A program made the position numbers and the translations under genes. Shown here in pieces: positions 11,313 to 22,992 of a DNA stretch of 34,367 nucleotides; position 1 is the stretch's first letter; every line of letters begins with the position of its first letter. Below the pieces are notes generated by a model. That model saw nothing but the letters and a program-made list of their open reading frames with translations. It ran no database searches and was not told where the DNA came from. Source of the DNA: Lophium mytilinum (Eukaryota); contig MU004186.1 of NCBI GenBank assembly GCA_010093605.1, forward strand, positions 2,274,616-2,308,982. The letters run 5' to 3'.

Positions 11313-13055
11313 ATGGACATAACGCCGTCGGATCCGCCAGCAGCTCCTCCCACGCACCGGAAATCAAAAAGCATAACGCCCGCGCAGGCTGCAGAAAAAG
11401 CAGCGGTTCAGAAACACAGCGAGGACGCCCAAAGCACGTATGGCCGCGGAAAACATATTCGAACGCGCAGCGTGAAAGACAAGAAGCTGCGCGCAAACCT
11501 CAAATCTCTGGAGACCAAGTATCAAGATGCGACCCTCCAAGCCAAGAATGCCGAGATCCTCCTCGAACACACCTCCGGATTCCTCGAGCCCGAACACGCC
11601 CTCGAACGCACCTACAAAGTACGGCAAGACGAGATACGACAAGATGTCGCAATTGAGACGGCGAAGAAGGGCTTTGAGCTGAAGCTGGAGGGTCTGGGGC
11701 CTTACGATGTGTGCAACTATACGCGGAATGGGAGAGAGCTGTTGATAGCTGGGCGGAAAGGGCATGTTGCGACAATGGATTGGCGGAGTGGGAAGCTGGG
11801 CTGCGAATTGCAGCTCGGGGAGACTGTGAGAGATGCGAAGTGGCTGCATAACAACCAGTCTTTTGCGGTGGCACAGAAGAAGCACGTCTACATATATGCG
11901 CATGACGGTGTGGAGTTGCATAGGTTGTCGAAGCACATTGAGGTTACAAATATGGAATTTCTGCCCTACCATTTCCTTCTATGTACCACTGTAAGTGCTA
12001 TTTTACTATTCCCAGGTTTCAACAGTCTTGGGCCTTGCTAACAAGCTCCCCAGTCCAACTCTGGCGTCCTCCGCTATACCGACATGTCGACAGGCCAAAT
12101 GGTCACAGAACTCCCAACACATCTCGGCCCCACAACTGCTCTCTGCCAGAACCCCTGGAACGGGGTCATGCACCTCGGTCACCAAAAAGGCGCTGTAACG
12201 CTCTGGTCCCCAAACTCTACATCCCCTCTCGTCAAACTCCTACCCAACCACGGCCCCGTCCGAGCCCTTGCAGTCGATCGATCAGGCCGATACATGGTCT
12301 CCACCGGCCAAGACCGCCGCATGTCCGTCTGGGACATCCGAATGTTCAAGGAAATGCACGCGCACCACCTCCGACAGCCCGGCTCTACGATTTCGATCAG
12401 CGACCGCGATCTTACCGCCGTCGGATGGGGTACCCAGGTCTCAATTTTCAAACCAGACCTATTCACCAAAGCGCCAGATGACTTTGGATCAGGGCCGCGA
12501 CCGAAAGTTCCAAGCCCGTACATGCAGTGTGGCGGCGAAGGCCACGCAATTTCACGCCTTCAATACTGTCCGTTTGAGGACGTGTTGGGAATATCACATT
12601 CGTCTGGCTTCAGCAGTATTCTCGTCCCTGGCGCTGGTGAGCCAAATTACGACGCACTAGAATTCGGCACCAATCCCTACGAAACCGTTAAGCAGCGACA
12701 AGAAGGCGAAGTACGTGCGCTACTCAATAAGCTACAACCTGAGATGATCTCCCTTAATCCGAACTTGATTGGAAATGTGGATATGGCGTCTGCGGAGCAG
12801 AAGAAGAAAGAGAAAGACCTTGACGCTAAGCCGGAGGACAAGATCAAGAAGCTGAAGGAGAGAGGCCGGGGGCGAAATAGTGCGTTGAGGAAGCATTTGA
12901 GGAAGAGAGGACAGAAGAACGTTATCGATGAGCAGAAGGTTCGCGCACAAGAGGCGTTTGAATCGCAAAAGGGCAGGGAGAAGGATAGGGTTAAACGGTT
13001 GGAAGTTGAGTATGGACCTGCGCTTGCGAGGTTTGCGAGAAAAGGGGCAACGTGA
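11313..13055 (+). CDS. UTP7: U3 snoRNP/SSU processome WD40 protein Utp7 (BING4CT-type C-terminus); intron 11991-12053
   Basis: VKDKKLRANL, GFLEPEHALERTYKVRQDEI, YTRNGRELLIAGRKGHVA, FAVAQKKHVYIY, MEFLPYHFLL, CPFEDVLGISH, SILVPGAGEPNYDALE..NPYETVKQRQEGEVRALLNKLQPEMISL. The intron reads GTAAGT..GCTAAC..CAG. Confidence 0.95.
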
Positions 13056-13353
13056 TGAGAGACTCGACAAAGAATCCGGAGCATTTATCGGTGTTATGGT
13101 GCCCAGCATGATGGCGTCTAGGACGGGAAAATAGCATGCGTTATTTTGATACCAAGAAGTGGAAATTAGGTTAGCAAGCTGAATATGATCAGAATCCCAA
13201 TAGTCCATGGTCTCGAGATTCTGATCTAGTTAAATGAGTTGAAAAGGGAATCCTTGGCAGAGAAATCTTGTGGAGCGTTGGGGGATTTGATTGTCTAGAA
13301 AAACCTAGCGAGTTCGGGCCGGAAATCAGGATTATTTTGCCAGGGGTCGTATA

Positions 13354-14058
13354 TCAGGTACCGATTCCGAGGTTTACAAATGAATGACTTTCAGACTTCG
13401 ACTCTCCCCTCGCGAGTCGATCTCCTCCACCTCGCTCGCCTATCATCCAATCACACCCCCGCCGAACCACGATGCAAAGGCTTGATCTCCGAACGTTCTC
13501 ACCATCTTCTATCCTTGCAAACTTTACACTCGGACGTCCGAACACAATCGGAAATAGATCTCTCAAGATAGTCAGCATGACAGTTCCCAAAACACGAGCT
13601 GTTAATGCATACCTAGCTGTTTCCATTCAAAATCTATCTATCACCTTCGCATCTAAACACATGCGGCGAATCTGATGCAGATCCGGCAACTCGGGTCGTA
13701 CCCGCATGCTAGCCCTATTTGTACATCCATCGAGCTTCTACCGCGGCTATGTACGCCCTGGTAATGAGCCTCTGTAACCCCAGAGTGGAGGTGGGCCAGC
13801 GCGGGGACGTGTCTCGTCATGGGGTCTGGAGCTCGGCAGATGATAGAACTGCACTTCGTAAGGAGGTAGTGAACGAGGACGGGGTTCCGGATCCTCGGGA
13901 GTGGGCCATGACATAACTTGTGTGACCATATTTCGGGTGGGTGGTGCATAGATCTTCTGATCTGTGATTTCGTCGGCTCCTTCCTCTTTTTTTCTCTTCT
14001 GGGCCACTTCCGAAAACCCTTTTCTTGTGCCCATGACCAGTCGAACTTCCTGTAGCAC
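13354..14058 (-). pseudogene. Possible eroded gene
   Basis: ORFs 13747-14058 and 13354-13626 are in the same frame, separated by three in-frame stops. No family recognised. Confidence 0.2.
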
Positions 14059-14150
14059 TCGATAATCCCTTTCTTCCTAGTCCTCCTTTTGCTCGTGACG
14101 CATACAAGCATCTCTATACTTCTCAATTACCTCTAGGCTCGTCTTTCGCA

Positions 14151-16159
14151 ATGGGTGGCTCTAAACCATGGCCGCAGGTGTCAGTGGGGAACAAAGACCA
14201 CACGAGTGCTGCAGTTGTCATCATAGGAGCTGGGATATCTGGTATGTTGAAGCAGACTCGTCGAATGAAAGGCAACTAACGAGAGCGACAGGCATGTGTA
14301 TGGCAATTGACTTGATCAGACGAAACAAGTGCCACAATTTCGTCATTCTAGAGAAGAGTAGTGGAGTGGGAGGGACGTGGCAGTGAGTAGCGGTCATCCT
14401 CTTCACGAGATATCCGTGTGCTGATTCGCCTGCAGTGACAATAAGTACCCTGGCTGTTGCTGTGATGGTAAGCCCTTCCCTTTTGACTCTGTTTCCTCGA
14501 CTAGTCTCATGAATCGCAGTCTCCAGCCATCTCTACAGCTACTCCTTCGAGCAAAATCCGGACTGGTCGCGCGTCTACCCTGGGCAGGAAGAGATACTTG
14601 TGAGATACCCCCAGATATACCTGATACATGGATCTAAGCTTATGATGGGAAATACCAGGACTACCTCATCCACGTCGCTGAAAAGTACAAACTCTACAAA
14701 TACATCCGCTTCAACACCTCTGTCGAGGAAGCCCGCTGGGACGATAATGAACTCAAATGGAAAACCGACGTCAAGGTCTCGGGTGACAAAGATAGCGAGT
14801 TCAACGACTGCTATACTATCACCTCCGACTTCCTCATCTCAGCTGTCGGTCAACTGAATCAACCCGCGTACCCCAAAATTCCTGGCCTCGACGACTTCCA
14901 TGGGAGGGTTATGCACTCAGCACGCTGGGACTGGTCCTACGACCTTTCAGGCAAGAAAATCGCCATTATCGGCAATGGTATCTCTCCTCCTTCCCCCTCT
15001 TCCCCTAAACTCAACACTAACCACCATCCCTACAGGCGCAACAGCAGCCCAACTCCTCCCCGAACTCACCAAAACCGCCTCCGCCATAACCCTTTACCAA
15101 CGCACTCCCAACTGGGTCATGCCGCGCCTGGACGCCCCCGTCCCCTCTCTCCTCCGCTCCGCCTACCGCTACCTCCCACCGCTCCTCTGGCGCGCCCGCG
15201 CGCTGCAAATGGACTTCCGGGAAGATTTCTACTCTGCCGTAACCGACTCGGACTCTGTCATCGCGAACCAGATCCGCGGCTGGTGCGGTGACGCGATGCG
15301 CGCCGCCTTCCCAGACCAGCCAGAGGTGTGGGCGAAGCTGACGCCGGAGTATGCCCCGGGGTGCAAGAGGGTGATCATTAGCGACGACTACTTTCCCGCC
15401 CTTGCAGCCCCCAACTGTACGCTCGAGACCTCGCCGATCCGGCGGATCACGCCCACCGGTGTCTCTGTCGAGGGAGGAACAGAGCAGGAGTTCGATCTCG
15501 TGGTGTTGGCGACTGGCTTCCAAACAATTGAGTTCCTGTCGCCTATCAAGATCACGGGTGCGAATGGTCGTGGGCTGGCGGATATATGGGAGGAGAGTGG
15601 TGGCGCCACAGCCCTATACGGCACAACCGTCCCCTCTCTGCCAAATTTCGGCCTCTTCTACGGCCCGAATACGAATTTGGGGCACAACTCTATCGTGCTG
15701 ATGATCGAGGCGCAGAGTCGCTATCTCTCCACTCTCATATCTAACGTCCTCGACGCCCGCACCAGCGGCAAGCCCCTCGCGCTCCAGCCGAAAGCATCGC
15801 GCGTGGCAGTGTTCAACGCAGAGATTCAAGAGAGGTTGGGGAAGAGCAGTTTTGCGGATGAGAGATGTAGCAGCTGGTATAAGAATGCGGAGGGCAGGAT
15901 TACGAATAATTGGGCGGGGACGGTGGTGGAGTATCAGGAGGTGTTGTCGAAGGTTGACTGGGGGGATTTTGAGGCTGTAGAGAAGGGGGGAAAGGGGAGT
16001 GGGGTCGTGCTTGGGGGAAAGAAGGAGACGAAGCTGGGAAGGGTGAGGGAGGAGACGGTGGTGGGCAATACGGCGTTGGTTGTGGCTGGGATAGTGGCCG
16101 TGACGGCGGCTGTTGGGGCTGTGGTCTTGGAGAGGAGACGGGGCGGGAGGAAATGGTGA
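14151..16159 (+). CDS. Flavin-binding monooxygenase, type I Baeyer-Villiger-like, 5 introns, hydrophobic C-terminal tail
   Basis: Spliced [37 protein letters not shown], fingerprint FHGRVMHSARW (FxGxxxHxxxW), second Rossmann motif IAIIGNG-ATAAQ, PGCKRVIISDDYF, DLVVLATGF, YGPNTNLGHNS, CSSWYK. Confidence 0.93.
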
Positions 16160-16304
16160 TGTGGGATAGTCGTTGACGTAGAGTATAGGAAACGCTTATG
16201 GGGCGAAGTAGTAGAGTAGGTGTATAACGATGAATATATCGCTTTGCCTTCGCATCCCACCCTCCCATCGGCCTTTCCTTCATCACGGCGCTTCACACCA
16301 CGGC

Positions 16305-16835
16305 TTCGGACCAGCAACAGTTTCTTAAAGCAATCTCGCATGAGCTTAGCCGGGCAGCTAGGCTTGGTAGAGGACATATCCGGGGGTAATGTGGTTGCAA
16401 TGGTTGTCTGGAGATGCGGCGTCCTAACCATCTCGATGGCCTCTCTCCCTCCCCGCTGTGCACTACGTCCCTACGCCGGACCAGCAAGAGTTTCTCGGAC
16501 TGTGATCTCTTTACGCAATGTAGCGGGGTGGTCTATGCGCGCAAAGCAGCCGGGGGCCGCGTCGACGTCGCCGTCATCCAGAGGTCCGACGTCCTATCCA
16601 TCCTGGAAGCCTTTTCTCCTCGCGGTGCATCCTGACGCAGCGCCAGATTGGTAAGAGTTTCTCGGACTGTAATCTCTTTACGCAATGTAGCAGGGTGGTC
16701 TATGCGCGCAACGCAGCCGGGTAGCGCGTCAATATCGACGTCGTCCAGAGCTGCGATGTGCTACTCCTCTTGCGAACCTCATTTTCCTCATGGCGCCTAA
16801 TGCCACGGCCCCAGACCAGCAGTAGTCTCTCTACC
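16305..16835. repeat. Degenerate tandem repeat, period about 167-170 bp, about 4 units
   Basis: 16486-16583 and 16653-16750 are near-identical (AAGAGTTTCTCGGACTGTRATCTCTTTACGCAATGTAGCRGGGTGGTCTATGCGCGCAA). The GACCAGCA anchor recurs at 16309, 16479 and 16814. Confidence 0.75.
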
Positions 16836-17118
16836 TGGATTCTTTCGATCAAGCTCCGTAGGTTCGCCATGGAGAACGGCTGGGTAGCGCGTTGGCATCG
16901 GCGTTCTTTGGAGTGCGGTCTCTCAGCCGCTCCACCACATCACGCAACGACGATAACACTGGTCTGGCACCAAATTGTTCAAGCTCTCAGTACCCGCATA
17001 CTACTTTGGAGGGTCAGTTGCATGCAGCGGAGCCGTGACGTCTGTTGATGTTCCTAGAGCCCATCTGATGCCCCCGCAGGTCCATTACACCCGATGAATT
17101 CACAGATCCTCTCTTTGA

Positions 17119-17750
17119 AGCCCACTTCCTTCTTCTCGAAAACACTTCCCTCTCGCTACGCCCGCTTCGCTCCTCGCTTTCAGCCCAAGACGGGTACCGA
17201 CACCACTTGCTCCTCTCTGCCGACGTCTTCTGCACGAACGCTTAGACCGACGGGGAATGTGTTTGGGGGACGCCACAGCCGTCTTAAATCCTGGATGATT
17301 GGTATCTGTCGAAAGCCCCGGAGGTCGTATTATCGTGATTCTCCCACAGGATCGGTGCTTGGGAACGCCAGAGCCGTCTCAAAACTTGGCGATGAAATCG
17401 AAGCTTCTCACTTCCAAAGCCAGCATGGTACCGGCATCACTCCATCTCCACCGGGGTGGGCATTCTCTGCTTGCTCTCTTTACCGAAGAAACCAGCCTTA
17501 CCATGACATCCCTCCTCTTCTCGACCGGAGTGGGCGCCGCCCACTTCCTCCTATGCACTGGAGGACGCGGTCTATTCACTCCTCGCTTCAAGCCCAGGAT
17601 GGGCACCGACAGCACATCGTGTCTCTCAACGCCTTCTGCACCAGTTCGTGGACCGTCGAGCAACATGCTTGGTGGGACGTCGGAGCCGTCTCACAACTTG
17701 AATGACTGGTATCCGTTGACGTTCTCGGATTCCCCGTCGTAGGGTCGGTC
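17119..17750. repeat. Diverged direct duplication (about 200 bp, offset about 409 bp)
   Basis: CTCCTCGCTTTCAGCCCAAGACGGGTACCGACA (17170) versus CTCCTCGCTTCAAGCCCAGGATGGGCACCGACA (17579). Collinear similarity continues through TTCTGCAC..AGCCGTCT..TGAYTGGTATC. Confidence 0.7.
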
Positions 17751-17773
17751 CTTTGAGGATGCGGGAGTCGTCC

Positions 17774-17811
17774 CGAATCTGCAGGCTCGTCTCGAATCTG
17801 CAGGCTCGTCT
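17774..17811. repeat. Perfect 19-bp tandem duplication
   Basis: CGAATCTGCAGGCTCGTCT occurs twice in tandem. Confidence 0.9.
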
Positions 17812-17989
17812 CGGAGGACGTAGTATGCCATGAGTGAGTGCTCTCTCGGTCCGATTTGGAGAACATTGTGTAGAGGTGATCTAGAAGCTCATGCTAACGC
17901 TTCCAGAACTCGCACGATCTTCTCGCAAATTCGTCGGTTGGAAAGTCAGTGGAAGCAAAGATCCGCCATATCGTCTATAAGAGCCGGGC

Positions 17990-18844
17990 TTATTCCCACG
18001 CCTCGGTATCTGTTTCTTCGGCGGCCTGGCTGCTATCGGATTGGGAAATCCTCTCCTGGTCCTTCTTGTCTCTTGCCCCTTTTTCGGGGGGCTGCCTTTC
18101 TCGCGCCGGGCGAGTTTTTCGTCTCACTCCCTGCCGCTTGGCCTTCTGGTGTTCGGAGGTCTTCTCGTCGATCCCCCATTCCCCTACGTCTCTTGAGCGA
18201 TAGCCTCTTTCTCCGTTTCCGGCCCTTCGTAGTGAGGCCCGGTGAGAAAGGTTCAAATGTGTTGGGGTGGATGTGCGGCAGTGTGAGCCTTTCCTGTCTC
18301 GGCCTTTATGTCCTTCGTCCTTCCTCACTTTTAGTCTTTGAGTGAGCCCGAGATTACTCTCATTGGAAGACTTGCTGGATGGGACGAATGCTATGGTCCA
18401 ATTCCTCTGGTCCGATCTGGTGGTATGAGCATCACTGGCCGGAGGTGATCTTCCTCCATAGCATGGCGATGTGCGTTTCGAGTTGAATGAGAGCGAGGGC
18501 TACAAGCTGCCTGCACGCCCTGCTGTGTTTGATGGAATCTTCGGAGCTGAAATCAGCGTCCCTTATGAACATGAACTATTAGATCTGCCTTGCCCTTGGG
18601 GTCATAAGCTCCTTTGTGGGCGCTGCCTACCATGACTGTGATCACTGTGAGGGATTGGACGTTGCTCTCGGCGATTCGACATTGTGAATGATGCGTCGTT
18701 GAACGCCCTCGCGACGGTCTCACGGTTTCTAGATCTCTTGTTTGCTAGCGGTTGGGTAGAGAGATAGGTACGCGTAGTGCGTTCTCTGACAAGTCTGGCT
18801 AACGTATCGAAGACACTCTCTTTTGTAATCCCGCGAACCCTCAT
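17990..18844 (-). pseudogene. Possible eroded low-complexity (S/P/R/K-rich) gene
   Basis: ORFs 18602-18844 and 17990-18328 share a frame, with only three stops between them over about 285 codons. No recognisable domain. Confidence 0.25.
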
Positions 18845-18977
18845 CTTGTCAAATCAAACCAACACAGCCTGGAGAGTACCCACTGATGGCCTATTGCCGC
18901 CTCCGAGCCGAAGACCCAGGCGAACAACAATCTCTTCCAAGTCGGATTGGAAAGAGCTCCCAGTTACGGCCTCCGAT

Positions 18978-19800
18978 CCGAACATCTAGGGTGCCTCCAA
19001 TCAACCCTAGAAGACTCTCCTGATTGCGAAGACAGGATTTCCAGCCCAGGGAAATCACAGCCTCCAGGCGGAACATCCAGGCTGTGTCCTGCCATAGAGC
19101 AGCTTCTCTGAACATCCAGGTTGCCTCCTGCCATGGGGCTACTTCGCCGAACATCCAGGTTGCCTCCTGCCATAGGGCTACTTCTCTGAACACCCAGGTT
19201 GCCTCCTGCCACGGGGCTACTTCTATGAAAACCCAGGTTGCCTCTTGTGATGGAGCAGCTTCTCTGAACACCCAGGTTGCCTCTTGTGATGGAGCAGCTT
19301 CTCTGAATATCCAGGTTACCTCCTGCCATGGAGTGGCTTCGTCGAACTTACGCACTCCCTTCTGCTATAGAGCGGCTTCGTTGAATATCCAGGTTGCCCC
19401 CTATCAATTCTAGAGGGTCCTCTAAGTCACACTAAGAGAGTGCCGCGATTTTGCAGGGTGGCCTCGAACTTGGCAATGGTCTGTCTTGCAATCCCGGCCT
19501 TCCGAACCTTTCGCCTACACAATACATGTACGCGCGCGTGATGCGGTATTCATTGCGGGGAGTGCCCACTGTTGAATTGTGGGATTTCATGACCTCCGAG
19601 CGGGACATTCAGGTTACCTCCTGCCATGGGGTTGCTTTGCCGGACATCCAGGTTACCTCCTGCCATGGAGTTGCGTTGCCGAATATGCAGGTGGCGTTCT
19701 AGCAATCTTGGAGAGTCCTCCAGATTGCATTGAGAGGGTGGCTAGTCTTGAATAGTGGGTTATCACGGCCTTCTAGCCGGACATCCAGGTTGCCAGCGAA
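18978..19800. repeat. Hierarchical 39-bp minisatellite
   Basis: About 9 units of AACATCCAGGTTGCCTCCTGCCATGGGGCTACTTCTCTG at 19072-19410, about 3 more at 19604-19700, and solo copies at 18981 and 19780. Confidence 0.9.
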
Positions 19801-22204
19801 GTCCTCCGGAACCCACTGGAGGAATCGCGCTATCATTCCGATTACCTCACTACAACTGCTACGGACTAGTACAAGCTTCTTGGCGTTGTTGCGAGCTTTC
19901 TGGCGCTTACTCGGAAGGTGATAACAATTGTCCGTGTGTCTCAACCACTGAAGAAACATGCGCTCGACTACTGAACAAATATGCGGCACTCTCTCCAACG
20001 AGGACCTCATCTCCAAAGCGTACACGTCGTATCCACGAAGCTGTTTCGCCTAACCTTGCAGATCAATACATCGGCCGCGCGAGTTGATTGATACTACGGT
20101 GGAGTCTCTTCGCGAGACATCTGCCATTTCAAGATGCAAGCCGAACCAAAACGGAAGTCAGTTGAGTACACACTATCGCCCACTAACGAGGACCAGAAGC
20201 TGAGATCAAGGCAAAGATCCAGCTGGGACTGCCCCAGGCTCTAGGGAGTATCGGGAAACCGCTCGCTGACCGGAGCAAGAGTTTGGGGCCATGGGACACC
20301 CACTGGGAGGCAAGGAGTCTGCGCTTCTGGTTGACGATGGCACAAGAAGCAATCTCTCGTGTACTTGCAGAGACCAAGAGCAGTAGCAATTTCGAGCAGA
20401 GCTGAGACATTGCCGACCTCAACAACACGCACTGCCGCTACAACATGCGCAATTTCTGCATAGACCATCTTCAAGCGTTGGACTAGTAAACGAGTGTACA
20501 TCGGTCGACGACCTGTTATCCAGGCTACAACGGCATCGTACCTGCAGAGCAATCGGAACGCCGTACCACAACCGTATCCTCGGCCTCGTCGCGCTCGAGC
20601 CACGGCCCTCATGCCCCCCTCTCAAACGAGCTTCAGTTGCTGGCACGCCGTTTGCTACTGTTACACCGTCCCTCGGGACCGATCGAATTCCGTCGCAGGC
20701 AGACTTGTCGCGTCGGTGACTCTCAAGTTGACAGCAGTAATCGACCGGTTTTATCCACTATTGCAGACCCGACTCTGTGGGTTGATTGGCATTCGTTGCT
20801 ACTGGAATCGTCCCTTTCCCAAGTTATACTGGCGAACTCTCTGGCTGCAGTCTTAGGAACGGGCGAAAATCGCCTGCCATCAAAGGCTTGGGGCGCATTT
20901 CTGGGCAGGAGTTGACGAGATATGGTGCGGTGGGAGCTGGTGGGATCTGATTCCTCGACGTGGTAAATACCGATGAACTCCCATCTGGGTAGCTCTCTGT
21001 TTCGACGTTGGCGCGGCTCTGGCAGAGCATCGTGCTGTATCGACTGGACTGGTCTCTGCTGGCTTTGGAAGCTCTTCTTGTTTCCCGTCATTGCCGCGGA
21101 AGATCAACGATTTCGAACAATCAACTCGGCGGCGAAACACCGCGCCATAGATGATCGTCCTCCACGCCATAGCGGTTTGATCTTCGAAGCGAGTTGGCGG
21201 AAGGGGGTCGATCCTTCACGATCATGAAGATGTGACCTTCGAACCCTAAACTCATAGGGGAGCGACCTGTAGCCTAACTGGGTGAGGTTTTGAGTCAAAA
21301 GTCAACAGATGGGCGATACGTCGTCCAGCGACACCATGTAGGAGGTGAGCATCTTGTAGAAATACGACGACGTGTCTTTCAAATTGGGAACGAGGAAGGG
21401 GTGACTCTCTGAGGTTTGTACTGCACCAAAGATGCTTGATATCTGCAACAACGGCGACGTGATCCTCAGATCAGGAGGAGCGGGCTCAAACCGCCGTGCT
21501 TTTGGAGACCGCTACAGCAGTAGGAGTTGCTCGTTCTCCGTAGACATGGCGACGCGGATATTGCGCGATCCCGAACCTGACGACCCCGTCAAACAATATC
21601 CTCTAGATGCATAGTGAGAGACGCGACCCAGGCGTTACCAAACCGCTTCACTGTCGGCGAAGATCACGACATGGATACTGAGGTGAATTTCGAGCTGGAT
21701 GGAGATGCTTCGCCGGGTCCGTGTGTGCTGCGCGTCGTCGTATGCTATCAAAACTCATCTCGCACTTTTACATGGGCTCCAGGGTGTATCCACTGGTTGA
21801 TCTAGGACGAGCTAGGAGCTGTTTACGTTTCTTCATATCCGAAAGTCTCCCCTGTAGTCTTGCAACGAGAAATGATTTTTATCCCTCCCTTTCCGCTTAC
21901 TTGGAAACCATATCGCGCCATTCTACTCGTCGCGTTGCTTCTACAATTCTGTCCGAATTTCCTCCAGCATCACTATCGTAGACGGTGATGCAATCCGCTA
22001 GAACTTTATCAGACGGGTTGCCAGAGCCTAGCACCACAGCTTTGGAGATGCTCGTCCTTCGCAACACGACCGTATCGTCTTAGTGGTAGGCCTTGCTCGC
22101 CTTCAACACCAGACTCCTTCATCTCCAACACCTCCAACACCTCCTCACCACTTCTTTCGCCTGCGCACGTCTCTACATCTGTTTCTCTTGGAACCAGAGT
22201 CAAC

Positions 22205-22992
22205 ATGGTGTCCTTTGCTACCTATAGCGCGGCACGTAGTTACGGCAGAACCAACGCCCTCTTCCGTAGCATCGTCACCGGTAACCGCGCTCGCTATGGG
22301 CCTCCCATCAAAACTGATGAGTATGAGGGGCTAAAGTCCGCCCTCGACCTAGATGGTGACAGACTGTTCCTCGGATCGAATACAACGCCGTCGAGGAGTC
22401 CTTGAAGGAGAAGAAGGGGTTCGCCAAGGTAACTATCGTATCTTTCTAGGTCTAGACTGACACCGCAGAAGAACATCGCACTGACCTCATACTTCCTGGC
22501 AGCTTCCTGGATGCGACCAACACTTGGGTCCGCATGACTGCACAGACGAATGCTGAAATCTTTGCGCGAGTTGCCGAGCATAAGGCGGGCAATGTCAACC
22601 CGCCACGCGTCAATCCTCGCCGCGTTCGAGCTCCGAGGCGGATTGTTCTTCCCGTTACAAGAGAGCCTTCCTTTCCCGCTACTGCGCTTCCCGCTGCAGA
22701 AGTCTCTACTCTTCCCCTTGCTCGTAAGCATCCGGTTCTGCCCTTCTTCAGAGTCAAAGGCAAGGAACCAGCGAAGGGGCCCGAGCATTCTCATGAGTCC
22801 AAGCCGGTCGAAGAGTACGAGCACTTTCATCAGTCCAGGTCAATCGAAGTATTTGGGCAAGTGTCCGGAAGTGCTTCCGGTTCGACTGATTTGCTAGAAG
22901 AAGCCGCCGGCGCCCATCAGGTGGACGACAAGCCAATCCTCCAGCGTCTGTACGGCCTGAATTCGTTGAGCGGGATTACACGCAACAAGTAG
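22205..22992 (+). pseudogene. Possible eroded gene with intron relic
   Basis: CT-rich leader, ATG at 22205, a candidate 40-nt intron at 22429-22468 (GTAACT..ACTGAC..CAG) and ORF 22534-22992. Joining them requires frameshifts. Confidence 0.25.

Noticed and set aside
19072..19410. CRISPR-like regular repeat
   Set aside because: The units are contiguous with no unique spacers, the context is eukaryotic and there are no cas genes.
21432..21614. LDICNNGDVILR resembling a fungal BTB N-terminus
   Set aside because: No downstream BTB motif, and the opposite strand looks at least as coding-like.
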